Shown here piece after piece: positions 46,187-55,680 of a DNA stretch of 64,000 nt. The notes beneath the pieces were generated by a model that was not told the DNA's origin, ran no database searches, and saw only the letters and a list, made by a program, of their open reading frames with translations. The DNA comes from Candidatus Marinacidobacterium sp. (lineage in GTDB: Bacteria; Acidobacteriota; Vicinamibacteria; Marinacidobacterales; Marinacidobacteraceae): contig OZ242011.1 in the NCBI GenBank assembly GCA_965204755.1, positions 3,584,001 to 3,648,000 on the forward strand, written 5' to 3'. The translations under genes and the position numbers were made by a program. Each line of letters starts with the position of its first letter. The stretch's first letter is position 1.

Positions 46187-46193
46187 CCGGGGG

Positions 46194-47903
46194 GTGTTCC
46201 CGGCCGCCGTGGGGCTCGCGGCGCTGGCGCTGCCGCCCCCGAACGCCGCCGGCCCGGCCGGGGGCGCCGAGGGATTCGTCTTCGCGGACCGCACCGCCGA
46301 GGCGGGGATCCGCTTCCACCACGAGGACGGCGGCAGCGGGCGCCGGTATGTGGTGGAGATCGTGGGCGGCGGCGCCCTGGTGTTCGACTACGACGAGGAC
46401 GGTTGGCCCGACCTGTTCTTCGTGAACGGGCGCCCCCTCCCCGGCGATCCGGGAGGCGCCACCGCCGGGCACCGCCTCTACCGCAACCGGGGAGACGGGA
46501 CCTTCGAGGACCGCACCCGGGAGGCCGGGCTGCTCGACGAGCCGGAAGCCGCGACCTACGGCATGGGCGGCGTCGCCGGCGACCTGGACGGCGACGGCGA
46601 CGCCGACCTGCTCCTCACGCACTTCGGGGCCGAGCGGCGGTTCGAGAACCGGGGGGACGGCACCTTCCGGGAAGTCCCGGACGCCGGCGGGGCGAGCGAC
46701 CCCCGGTGGACGACCAGCGCCGCCCTGCTCGACGCCGAGGGGGACGGCGACCTCGACATCTACGCGGCGAACTACCTCGACTACTCGCTCGACCGCCACC
46801 GGGACTGCGTGAGCCCGGCGCGCGGCCTGCCGGCGTACTGCCATCCCCAGGAATACCCCGGCGCGGCGGACTCGTTCTTCGAGAACCGGGGCGACGGCCG
46901 GTTCCGGGCCGTCGCGGTTCCGGGGACGGGGGAGGGGAAGGGGCTCGGCGTGGCGGTCACCGACCTGGAGGCGGACGGGGCGCCGGAGATCTATGTGGCG
47001 AACGACACCACGCCCAACTTCCTGCTCCGGGTGGAGGCCGATGGCGGCGGTGTCCGCTTCCGGGAAGCCGGCTTCGCCTCGGGGGTGGCCTACAACGAGG
47101 AGGGGCTCCCGGAGGCCGGGATGGGGGCGGACTGGGGCGACCCGGACGGCGACGGCCGGATGGACCTGATCGTGACCAACTTCGACTTCGAGACGAACAC
47201 GCTCTACCGGAACCTCGGGGACGGGCTCTTCCTCGACGCCACCGCGGCGTTCGGGCTCGGCGGCGAGAGCCTCACCGAGTTGGCGTTCGGCTGCGACTTC
47301 GCGGATTTCGACAACGACGGCTGGCCGGACCTGGCGGTGGCCAACGGCCACATCCTGGACAACATCGCGGAGATCCAGTCGAACCTGACCTTCGCCCAGC
47401 CCGGGCAGGTCTTCCGGAACGAAGCCGGCCGCTTCCGGCGCGCGGCGGAGAGCGAGGGCGCCTTCGCGGTTCCCCGGGTGCGCCGGGCGCTGGCGTCGCT
47501 CGACTACGACCGGGACGGCGACCTCGACCTGGCGCTCGCCTCGAACCGGGGGCCGGCGGAGTTGCTGGCGAACGAGGGGGGCGCGGCGCTGGGCGGCGCC
47601 TTCGGCCTGCGCCTGGTGGGCGTTCGGACGAACCGGGACGGGGTCGGGGCGGTGGTCACCCGCCGGGACGGGGAGCGGATTCGGCGGGAGGAGCGGCAGG
47701 CCGGGGCGAGTTTCCTCTCCCAGCACGACCCGGTGGTCTGGTTCGGGGTCGGGGAGGCCGCCGACTCCGGGGAAGTCGTCGTGCGCTGGCCTTCCGGGGT
47801 CTCCGAGACCTTCTCCGGACTCGCCGCCGGGTGGATCCATGTCCTGAAGGAGGGGCGGGGCGCGGTCGGGCGGCAGCCGCTCGGCGCGGGGCCGCCGCGG
47901 TGA
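46194..47903 (+). CDS. CRTAC1-like FG-GAP/ASPIC-UnbV protein
   Basis: FADRTAEAGI, DxDGDG repeats, NRDGVGA, SFLSQ...FGVG, VRWPSG. Confidence 0.88.
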   Translation: MFPAAVGLAALALPPPNAAGPAGGAEGFVFADRTAEAGIRFHHEDGGSGRRYVVEIVGGGALVFDYDEDGWPDLFFVNGRPLPGDPGGATAGHRLYRNRGDGTFEDRTREAGLLDEPEAATYGMGGVAGDLDGDGDADLLLTHFGAERRFENRGDGTFREVPDAGGASDPRWTTSAALLDAEGDGDLDIYAANYLDYSLDRHRDCVSPARGLPAYCHPQEYPGAADSFFENRGDGRFRAVAVPGTGEGKGLGVAVTDLEADGAPEIYVANDTTPNFLLRVEADGGGVRFREAGFASGVAYNEEGLPEAGMGADWGDPDGDGRMDLIVTNFDFETNTLYRNLGDGLFLDATAAFGLGGESLTELAFGCDFADFDNDGWPDLAVANGHILDNIAEIQSNLTFAQPGQVFRNEAGRFRRAAESEGAFAVPRVRRALASLDYDRDGDLDLALASNRGPAELLANEGGAALGGAFGLRLVGVRTNRDGVGAVVTRRDGERIRREERQAGASFLSQHDPVVWFGVGEAADSGEVVVRWPSGVSETFSGLAAGWIHVLKEGRGAVGRQPLGAGPPR

Positions 47904-49621
47904 GGTTCCGGTCGGCGCTCGCGCTGGGCCTCTTCGCGGCGGCGTCCCCGGCGGCGTCCTCGGCGGCGGGGCAGGCAGTGGCGGAGCGATCGAGGGAGGC
48001 CCCGGTGGAGATGCGGTTCACGGAGGCGACAGCGTCCGCCGGGATCCGGTTCGTGAACATGTACGGCGGCGTCCGGGCCAAGCGGTACATCCTGGAGACC
48101 ACCGGCACCGGCGCGGCGTTTTTCGACTACGACGAGGACGGGGCGCTCGACCTGTTCCTGCCGAACGGGACGCGGCTCGGCTACGGGGACGCGGAAAGCC
48201 TCTCCGCCGCGCTCTTCCGGGGGGACGGACGGGGCGGGTTCGTGGAGGTGACCGGGCCGGCCGGGCTCGAGGCCTACGGCTGGGCGCAGGGGGCGGCGGT
48301 GACCGACCACGAGAACGACGGCGACCTCGACCTGTTCGTCACCTACTACGGCCGGAACCGCTTCTACCGGAACCGGGGGGACGGCACCTTCGAGGAAGCC
48401 GCCGCCGAAGTCGGGCTCGACGATCCGGCCTGGGGCGCCGGCGCGGCGTTCGCCGACCTGGATCGGGACGGCGCCGCGGACCTGGTGGTCGTGAACTATG
48501 TGGACTTCGACCCGGAGGAGACTCCGGGGCCCGGTGAAGCGCCGACCTGCTTCTTCCAGGGGCTCCCGGTGATGTGCGGGCCGAAGGGGCTCCCCCCGGC
48601 GCCGGCGCTGCTCTACCGGGCGCGCGCCGACGGGACCTACGAGCGGGTGGAAGACGCCGGGGTCGGCGAGGAGCGGTTCTTCGGCTTGGGGGTGGTGGTC
48701 GGGGACCTCGACGGGGACGGCGACCTCGACATCTACACCGCGAACGACCAGACCCCGAACAACCTCTACCGGAACGACTCCGGCCCGGAGGGGCTGCGGT
48801 TCACCGACATCGGGCTCCCCGCCGGCGTGGCCTACAACGAGGACGGGCGGGCGCAGGCCGGGATGGGGGTGGACCTCGGGGACTACGACGAGGACGGCGA
48901 CCTGGACATCTTCGTGACCCACTTCTCCCACGACTACAACACGCTCTACCGGAACGCCGGCCCGGAGTTCTTCCTCGACGAGTCCTACGCGGCGGGCGTC
49001 GCCGAGGGGAGTTGGCCCTACCTGGGCTGGGGGGGCGGCTTCGCCGACTTCGACCGGGACGGGCGGCTCGACCTGCTCACCGTGAACGGCCATGTCTATC
49101 CCGAAGTCGAAGGGGGCGTCACCGAGAGCGACTACGCCCAGCCGATCCTGCTGTTCCGGAACCGGGGCGGCGGATCGTTCTCCGAAGTCCGGCCGCCGGC
49201 GTTCTCCGTCCCCCGGGTGTACCGGGGCGCGGCCTTCGGCGACTACGACGGGGACGGCGACCCCGATGTGCTGGCCACGGTGATGAACGGGCCGCCGGCG
49301 CTCTTCCGCAACGACGCCGAGCCGGCGGTCTCCGGGAACTGGGTCGGCTTCCGGCTGGTGGGCCGGACGAGTCCCCGCGACGGCGTGGGGGCGCGGGTGG
49401 TTGCGGAGGCGGGCGGCCGCTCGCTGCTGCGGGAGTCGCGGAGCGGGTCGAGTTACCTGTCCGCCGGCGACTCCCGGGTGCTGTTCGGTTGGGGCGCCGC
49501 CCCGGTGGAGTCGGTGAGCGTCCGGGTCCGCTGGACTTCCGGCGTCACGCAGACCGTCGAGGTCGCGCCCGGCGGGTACCGGTTGCTCGTGGAGCCCGCG
49601 CCGGACGCCGGCGCCCGCTGA
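47900..49621 (+). CDS. CRTAC1-like FG-GAP/ASPIC-UnbV protein
   Basis: GTGA overlap; FTEATASAGI, DxDxDG repeats, GSSYLSAGDSRVLFG. Confidence 0.88.
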   Translation: MRFRSALALGLFAAASPAASSAAGQAVAERSREAPVEMRFTEATASAGIRFVNMYGGVRAKRYILETTGTGAAFFDYDEDGALDLFLPNGTRLGYGDAESLSAALFRGDGRGGFVEVTGPAGLEAYGWAQGAAVTDHENDGDLDLFVTYYGRNRFYRNRGDGTFEEAAAEVGLDDPAWGAGAAFADLDRDGAADLVVVNYVDFDPEETPGPGEAPTCFFQGLPVMCGPKGLPPAPALLYRARADGTYERVEDAGVGEERFFGLGVVVGDLDGDGDLDIYTANDQTPNNLYRNDSGPEGLRFTDIGLPAGVAYNEDGRAQAGMGVDLGDYDEDGDLDIFVTHFSHDYNTLYRNAGPEFFLDESYAAGVAEGSWPYLGWGGGFADFDRDGRLDLLTVNGHVYPEVEGGVTESDYAQPILLFRNRGGGSFSEVRPPAFSVPRVYRGAAFGDYDGDGDPDVLATVMNGPPALFRNDAEPAVSGNWVGFRLVGRTSPRDGVGARVVAEAGGRSLLRESRSGSSYLSAGDSRVLFGWGAAPVESVSVRVRWTSGVTQTVEVAPGGYRLLVEPAPDAGAR

Positions 49622-49663
49622 CCCGCCCGGCTTCGTTCGGCCGGGCCGGGGCGCCGGGCCGGG

Positions 49664-50785
49664 TCAGTCCATTTCGAGCGAAGCCCCGCGGAGCAGGGCG
49701 AAGACCGGGGTTCCCGGCTCGAGGGACAACTCGGCGGCGGCGTCGTCGGTGATCCGGGACTCGAGCCGGGCTTCGCCGACCTCGACGGAGACTTCGGTGA
49801 AGGGGCCGGCCGGGTCGGAGCGGACGGCGGCGACCCGGCCGGAGAGGATGTTGCGCACGCTGATCGCCTCGGGGCGTTTCCGGGCCAGCGCGACCTCGCG
49901 GGCCGGCACGCGGAGTCGCGCGCTCTCCCCTTTGCGGGGCGCGGGGGAGGGCGCCGGAACGAGGAGCCGCTGACCGGCGAGGTCGAGTTCTAGGAGTCCG
50001 CTCCGCCGCCGGTCCGTCGAGACCACCCGCGCGACGAGAGTGGCGGCGCGTCCGCCGCCGAGCGCGGCGCTCTCGTCTTCCAGCCGGGCGAGCATCGCCG
50101 CTGCCGGGCCCCCGGCCTCGATCCGGCCGCGCCGGAGCAGCAGCAGCCGGTCCGCCAGCCGGACGACCTCGCTCGGGTCGTGGCTCACATGGAGCACGCA
50201 CAGCCCCCGTTCCCGCGCCAGCGACCGGACGAAGGGGAGCAGCCGGGCGCGGGCCGGCCGGTCGAGCGCCGAGAAGGGCTCGTCGAGCAGGAGGACCGAC
50301 GGCGCCGTGAGCACCGCCCGCCCGAAGGCGACGCGCTGGCGCTCCCCGCCGGAGAGGTTTCGCGGGGCGCGGTCGAGGAGGGGGCCGAGCGCCAGGGACT
50401 CGACCAAGTCGTCGAAGCGGAAGAGGCCGCGGCTGTCCGGGTCGGCGCGGCGCGCGGCGTAGTCCAGGTTCCCGGCGACCGAGAGGTGCGGGAAGAGCGC
50501 CGGCTGCTGGAAGACGAACCCGACCGGCCGCCGGTGCGCCGGGAGGAACCGGCGCGAGCCGTCGTCCTGCCAGACGGACTCGCCGAAGCGGACCGCGCCG
50601 CCGAGGCGGGTGAGGCCGGAGACGGCGCGGAGGAGGGTGGTCTTCCCGCTCCCCGACGGGCCGAAGACGCTGGTGATCTCGCCGGCCGGCACGTCCAGGT
50701 CGGCGTCCAGCGAGAAGGCCCCGAGGGTCCCGTCGAGCCGGGCTTCGAGGCCGGCGCCGTCGGGAGCGACGGGTTCCGGGCTCAT
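49664..50785 (-). CDS. modC: Molybdate ABC transporter ATPase
   Basis: GPSGSGKTT, LSGGERQR, DEPFSALD, TOBE domains with ISVRN. Confidence 0.93.
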   Translation of the reverse strand: MSPEPVAPDGAGLEARLDGTLGAFSLDADLDVPAGEITSVFGPSGSGKTTLLRAVSGLTRLGGAVRFGESVWQDDGSRRFLPAHRRPVGFVFQQPALFPHLSVAGNLDYAARRADPDSRGLFRFDDLVESLALGPLLDRAPRNLSGGERQRVAFGRAVLTAPSVLLLDEPFSALDRPARARLLPFVRSLARERGLCVLHVSHDPSEVVRLADRLLLLRRGRIEAGGPAAAMLARLEDESAALGGGRAATLVARVVSTDRRRSGLLELDLAGQRLLVPAPSPAPRKGESARLRVPAREVALARKRPEAISVRNILSGRVAAVRSDPAGPFTEVSVEVGEARLESRITDDAAAELSLEPGTPVFALLRGASLEMD

Positions 50786-50803
50786 GTCAGGGGATGTCCC
50801 GGC

Positions 50804-51484
50804 TCATGTTCGGGCGGCGCGCATCCGGCGTTCGATCTTCATCGTGGCGAAGACCACCGCGAAGGCGAAGAGCAGGAGCCCGGCGGAGAGCAGGTGCGCC
50901 GTTCCCCAGTCCATGACTTCCACCCGGTCGTAGATGGCGATGGAGAGGACGCGGGTCGCGCCGGGGATGTTGCCGCCGATCATGAGCACCACCCCGAACT
51001 CGCCGACGGTGTGGGCGAAGCCGAGCACCGCGCCGGCGATGAGCCCCGGGCGCGCGAGCGGCAGGGCGACGGTGCGGAAGGCGTCGAAGGGCGAGGCGCG
51101 GAGGGTGGCCGCGGCTTCGAGCGGGCGGTCGCCGACCGCCTCGAAGGCCGCGCGGATCGGCTGGACGACGAAGGGCAGGGAATAGACGATCGAGCCGACC
51201 ACCAGCCCGCCGAAGGAGAAGGCGAGCGACCGCCCGCCGAAGAGCCGGGCGACCGCGCCGCCGGGGCCGTCGGGGCCGAGCGCGATGAGCAGGTAGAACC
51301 CGAGCACCGTGGGCGGCAGCACCAGGGGCAGCGCGACGACCGCGGCGACGGCTTCCCGCGCCCGGGACCGGGTGCGGGCGAGCCACCAGGCGAGGGGGGT
51401 GCCGATCAGCAGCAGCGCCGCGGTGCTCGTCGCCGCGAGGCGCAGCGTGAGCAGCACCGGGGCGGCGATCGCCGAGCCGTCCAT
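50804..51484 (-). CDS. modB: Molybdate ABC transporter permease
   Basis: [36 protein letters not shown]. Confidence 0.95.
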   Translation of the reverse strand: MDGSAIAAPVLLTLRLAATSTAALLLIGTPLAWWLARTRSRAREAVAAVVALPLVLPPTVLGFYLLIALGPDGPGGAVARLFGGRSLAFSFGGLVVGSIVYSLPFVVQPIRAAFEAVGDRPLEAAATLRASPFDAFRTVALPLARPGLIAGAVLGFAHTVGEFGVVLMIGGNIPGATRVLSIAIYDRVEVMDWGTAHLLSAGLLLFAFAVVFATMKIERRMRAART

Positions 51485-51535
51485 TTCGTCGGGGTGGCGT
51501 CGGGACTCGGGATGGGAGGCGGCCGCCGGCCCGCC

Positions 51536-52282
51536 TCAGTCTTCCGCCCGGTAGCCCCGCCGCCGGAGGACTTCCCGGACCGGGGCCGACTTCAGGAACC
51601 GGAGGAAACCGGACGCCGCCGGGTTCCCGGCGCCGGCTTCGAGGAGCACCGCCTGCTGGCGGATGGGCGAGTGCATCTCCTCCGGCGCGACCCAGTGGGA
51701 GCCCCCGGCGCCCCCGGCCCCGACCTGGGCGAGCGCGACGAAGCCGGCGTCGGCGTTCCCGGTGTGGACGAACTGGTAGGCCTGCGCCACATTCGTCCCC
51801 CGGACGAGTTGGAAGGGCGCCGCGCCGCCGAGCCCCAGCCGTTCCAGGACTTCCAGCGCGGCCCGGCCGTAGGGGGCGGTTTCCGGGTTCGGGAGGGCCA
51901 GCCGGGCGAGGGGCGGGGAGCGGAGCGACTCCGGGCCGGTGATGCGGCCCGGTTCGCGGCTGTAGAGGGCGAGCCGCCCCACGGCGTAGGTGAACCGGCT
52001 GCCGGGGACTGCGAGCCCGGCGGACTCCGCGAGCGCCGGGCGCTCCTCGTCGGCGGCGAGGAACACCTCGAAGGGCGCGCCCCGGAGGATCTGCGCGTAG
52101 AGGAGGCCGGTGGAGCCGGAACTCAGGAGCGTCCGGTGGCCGGTCTCCCGCCGGAAGAGATCGGAGACCTCGCGGGCCGCCTCGGTGAAGTTCGCCGCCA
52201 CCGCGACCCGGACGGTTTCGGCGGCGGCCGCCGGCGGCGAGGCGGAGAGTGAGCCGAGGAGGAGCGCCGCCGCCGGGAGCAT
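51536..52282 (-). CDS. modA: Molybdate-binding periplasmic protein
   Basis: VAVAANF, SGSTGLLYAQI, GAPFEVFLAAD, PETAPYG, NVAQ. Start at 52282 or 52363. Confidence 0.92.
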   Translation of the reverse strand: MLPAAALLLGSLSASPPAAAAETVRVAVAANFTEAAREVSDLFRRETGHRTLLSSGSTGLLYAQILRGAPFEVFLAADEERPALAESAGLAVPGSRFTYAVGRLALYSREPGRITGPESLRSPPLARLALPNPETAPYGRAALEVLERLGLGGAAPFQLVRGTNVAQAYQFVHTGNADAGFVALAQVGAGGAGGSHWVAPEEMHSPIRQQAVLLEAGAGNPAASGFLRFLKSAPVREVLRRRGYRAED

Positions 52283-52410
52283 CCTCGAAAGGGGGAAGAG
52301 GAGGCTCGCCTCAGCGGCCCGCGGAAAAAGCGCCCCGCTATCCCTTCTCGACCGTCGAAGCATGAAGTCCGCCCGGGTTCCCGGAGGGGCGCCGGCCGGC
52401 GGGGCGGGGC

Positions 52411-53646
52411 TCAGGCCCCGCCGGCGTCCTCCGGGTACTCGGCGGTCATCATGATCTCCACCTTGATCCCCGGCCCCATGAGTTGCGCCTCGACGGTGGC
52501 CCGCGCCGGCGGCGGCGCGCCGACCACTTCCCGATAGACCTCGTTCATCGCCGCGTAGTCGCGCATGTCCTCGAGGAACACGGTGGCGTCCACCACATCG
52601 GCGAAACCGAGCCCGGCGAATTCGAGCGCCTCCGCGAGCCGTCCCAGGACCGCCCGCGTCTGCTCCTTCGGGTCCTCGCTCCGATCCGGGCCCGGCGGCA
52701 CCATGCCGGAGAGGTAGAGCCGGTCGCCCGCCCGGATCCCCGGCGAAAGCGGGCTCCCCGACCGCGGCCCGCCCGGCGACAGGACTTCCCGCTCGGCGTT
52801 GCTGGCCACGCACTGGACTTCCGCGGTGAAGAGCGGGTTGGCGAGGCGCGCCTCCACCGTCGCCCGGCTCGGCGGGTCTTCGGGGAAGAACTCGCGGTAG
52901 GCCTCGTTCATCTCCCGGAAATCGCGCGGGTCTTCGAGGAAGACCCGGCAGTTCGCCACATCCCCGTAGTCCATCCCGCCGGCTTCGAGGATGATGCCGA
53001 TGTTCCCCATGATCCGCTGCATCTGCTCGGTGACGCTCCCGGCCACCGGCTGGTAGGTGTCCGGGTCGCGGGCGGTCGCCCCGGCGACGAACAGCGTGTC
53101 CCCGGAGGCGATGCCCCACGAATAGGGGAGTTCCGGGCTCTTCAGCCGCTCCGGGCGGATCACCCGCCGCTCGGCGCCGGGGCGGATGGCCACCATCGAG
53201 ATCTCGACCAGCGCGCCGGGGACCGCGATCCCGGCCTCCACGGTGGCCCGGGTGGGGGGATCCTCCGGGAAATACTCCCGATAGACGGCGTTCATCTCGG
53301 AGAAGTAGCGGATGTCCGAGAGGTACACATTCACCGCCGCCACCCGCGAGAAGTCCATCCCGCGGCTCTCGAGGACGGCGCCCAGGTTCGCCATGGTCTG
53401 CCGGGTCTGCTCTTCGATGCCGCCGGGAACCAGGTCGAGGGTGCCGGGGAGGTTGCCGAGCGCCCCGGCCAGGTACACCAGGTCGCCGCTCTCCCGCGAT
53501 TCGGAGAAGGGCAGGCCGACCTCGTTCAACCCTTCGTCGGCCCCCTCTTCCGGCGCCGGAGCGGCGCCGCCGCAGCCGGCGGCGCCGGCCGAGAGCAGCG
53601 AGCAGGCGAAGACGGGGCGGGAAAACGCGATCAACTTACGGAACAT
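52411..53646 (-). CDS. Lipoprotein with three tandem RidA/YjgF domains
   Basis: AAG-CGG lipobox; three repeats each with MNxxY...PP(T/S/A)RATV...E(I/V). Confidence 0.88.
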   Translation of the reverse strand: MFRKLIAFSRPVFACSLLSAGAAGCGGAAPAPEEGADEGLNEVGLPFSESRESGDLVYLAGALGNLPGTLDLVPGGIEEQTRQTMANLGAVLESRGMDFSRVAAVNVYLSDIRYFSEMNAVYREYFPEDPPTRATVEAGIAVPGALVEISMVAIRPGAERRVIRPERLKSPELPYSWGIASGDTLFVAGATARDPDTYQPVAGSVTEQMQRIMGNIGIILEAGGMDYGDVANCRVFLEDPRDFREMNEAYREFFPEDPPSRATVEARLANPLFTAEVQCVASNAEREVLSPGGPRSGSPLSPGIRAGDRLYLSGMVPPGPDRSEDPKEQTRAVLGRLAEALEFAGLGFADVVDATVFLEDMRDYAAMNEVYREVVGAPPPARATVEAQLMGPGIKVEIMMTAEYPEDAGGA

Positions 53647-53715
53647 GGCGGGCCTCCTGGGGGGTGCGGCGCGCGCTCGGGGAAGCGGAATTCCCGGCGG
53701 CGGGCGGGGGTTCCG

Positions 53716-53725
53716 ATGGTACATT
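53716..53725. promoter_or_regulatory. Overlapping divergent -10 boxes (TACCAT on minus, TACATT on plus) for the Rid gene and lysA
   Basis: ATGGTACATT lies in the short GC-rich divergent intergenic region. Confidence 0.45.
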
Positions 53726-53769
53726 CGCTCGCCGCCCGCCCGACGCGCTCCGAACCGCGCGGAGCAAGA

Positions 53770-55065
53770 GTGCAGCACTCCGTTTTCCGCTACGACTCGG
53801 CCGGGAGTCTCCGCGTAGGGGCGATGTCCGTGGAGGAGGCGCTCCGCGCGTCCGGCGCCGGGACGCCGGCCTACCTCTACGACCTCGACGCGGTAACCGG
53901 CCGCTACGCGGAGTTCCGGGAAGCGGTGGGCGCCGGGCCGGTGGTGGCGGCGGCGCTCAAGGCGAACCCGCTGCCGGCGCTCCTCGCGCCCCTCCGGGAC
54001 CTCGGCGCGGGAGCGGAGGCGGTCTCTGGCGCCGAGGCGCTGCTCGCCCGCGGTCTCGGGTTCCCGGCGGAGCGGATCACGATGTCCGGCGTGGGGAAGA
54101 CCGCGGCGGACCTCGACGCGGCGCTCGAAGCGGGCGCGCGCTTCGTGTCCGTGGAGTCCCCGGCGGAGTTGGAGTTGCTCGCGGAACGCGCGGCGCGGCG
54201 GGGCCGATCGGCCGGGGTCGCGTTGCGGCTGAACCCGGACATCGCGGTGGACACGCACCCCAAGATCGCCACCGGCCGCGCGTCCGCCAAGTTCGGGATG
54301 GCCGAGCCGCTGCTGCTCGAAACCGCGGAGCGGGCGCGGGAATTGGACGGGATCGAGGTGCTCGGCGTCCACGCGCACATCGGGTCCCAGGTTCGCTCCG
54401 CCGCCGCTTTCCGGGAGAACGCGGCGCGGCTGGGCCGGCTCCTCGACCGCCTCCGGGCCGCCGGCCATCCGGCCGACCTCGTGGATGTCGGGGGCGGGCT
54501 CGGACTCTCCGAACGGGACGGCCGGCCGGCGCCGTCCTTCTCCGAGTACGCCGACGCGGTCCGGGAGGGGCTCTCCGCGGCGCGCCCCGCGCCGGAGGTC
54601 TGGTTCGAGCCCGGACGATGCCTCTTCGGCGCCGCCGGGGCGCTGGTGGTGGGCGTGCTCCACACCAAGACTTCCGGGGGCGCGGAGTTCTGCGTCGTGG
54701 ACAGCGGCATGAACGACTTCCTGCGTCCGGCGCTCTACGGGGCGCGGCACCCGGTGCTCCCGACGGTGAGGCGGGACGCGCCCGAGCGCGGATTCGAGGT
54801 CGTGGGGGGCGTCTGCGAGAGCGGCGACTCCTTCGGTTCGGACATCCCGCTTCCGCCGCCCCGCCCCGGTGACCGGCTCGCGGTGCTCGAGGCCGGCGCC
54901 TACGGGTCTTCCATGGCCTCGAACTACAACCTGCGGCCGCGCCCGGCGGAGGTGGTGGTCTCCGGGCGCGAGGCGTTCCTCGTCCGCCGGCGGGAGAGCC
55001 CGGCGGAACTCGCCGCCCGGGAGCGGGAGGCCGAACTCCTGCCGGAAGCGGCGGCCGGGGCGTGA
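53770..55065 (+). CDS. lysA: Diaminopimelate decarboxylase
   Basis: ALKAN, THPKIATG...SAKFG, HIGSQ, GGGLG, EPGR, CESGD, GAYGSSMASNYN. Confidence 0.93.
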   Translation: MQHSVFRYDSAGSLRVGAMSVEEALRASGAGTPAYLYDLDAVTGRYAEFREAVGAGPVVAAALKANPLPALLAPLRDLGAGAEAVSGAEALLARGLGFPAERITMSGVGKTAADLDAALEAGARFVSVESPAELELLAERAARRGRSAGVALRLNPDIAVDTHPKIATGRASAKFGMAEPLLLETAERARELDGIEVLGVHAHIGSQVRSAAAFRENAARLGRLLDRLRAAGHPADLVDVGGGLGLSERDGRPAPSFSEYADAVREGLSAARPAPEVWFEPGRCLFGAAGALVVGVLHTKTSGGAEFCVVDSGMNDFLRPALYGARHPVLPTVRRDAPERGFEVVGGVCESGDSFGSDIPLPPPRPGDRLAVLEAGAYGSSMASNYNLRPRPAEVVVSGREAFLVRRRESPAELAAREREAELLPEAAAGA

Positions 55066-55625
55066 ACCCGCCGGAGGCCCCCGTCCCGCCGAAGGGCGGC
55101 CGGCCCCCGCTCCCGCCGCCGCGCGGGGCGCTCCTCGGCGCCCTCGGGTTCGTCGGCGTGGGGGCGGTGCTCTTCCACCTCTCTTCGGGGGCGCCGGACC
55201 CCGCCGACTACCTGCTGGCGCTGGGGCTGGTGGCGCTGTTCACGCCGCTGAAGGCGCTCATGATCCGCTGGCTCGACGGACGCCGCCCGTACATATCCGC
55301 CTTCGCCGCCTCGCTCTTCTCGATGGTGGTGGGGCTGGCCTTCCAGCAGGACCTGCCCTTCGGCCAACTCATCGCCCGGAGCACGGTGATCACCGCGGCG
55401 CTCGAATGGCCGGTGCTCTTCGCCCTCCGCACCGCGGACTCCGCCGGACGCCTGCTGGTGTTGACCGCCTACCTGAGCGTGGTCGTGCACCTGCTGTCCG
55501 GAGGTTTCGTCCTCCTGTCCCGCTACCCGGGGCCGGGCGCCCTGCTCATGGCCGCCGGCGTCCTCACGCTCTGGGCGCCGCTCTTCCTGCGCCGCGCAAA
55601 GGAACGCGGAGGCGGCGTCGGCTGA
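55062..55625 (+). CDS. Hypothetical multi-pass membrane protein
   Basis: GTGA coupling with lysA; about 6 hydrophobic segments. Confidence 0.65.
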   Translation: MNPPEAPVPPKGGRPPLPPPRGALLGALGFVGVGAVLFHLSSGAPDPADYLLALGLVALFTPLKALMIRWLDGRRPYISAFAASLFSMVVGLAFQQDLPFGQLIARSTVITAALEWPVLFALRTADSAGRLLVLTAYLSVVVHLLSGGFVLLSRYPGPGALLMAAGVLTLWAPLFLRRAKERGGGVG

Positions 55626-55680
55626 CGCGGGCCGCCGCGGTCGGCCGGCCCCGGTCCCGTCGGGGGCTCGACCGATCGGG

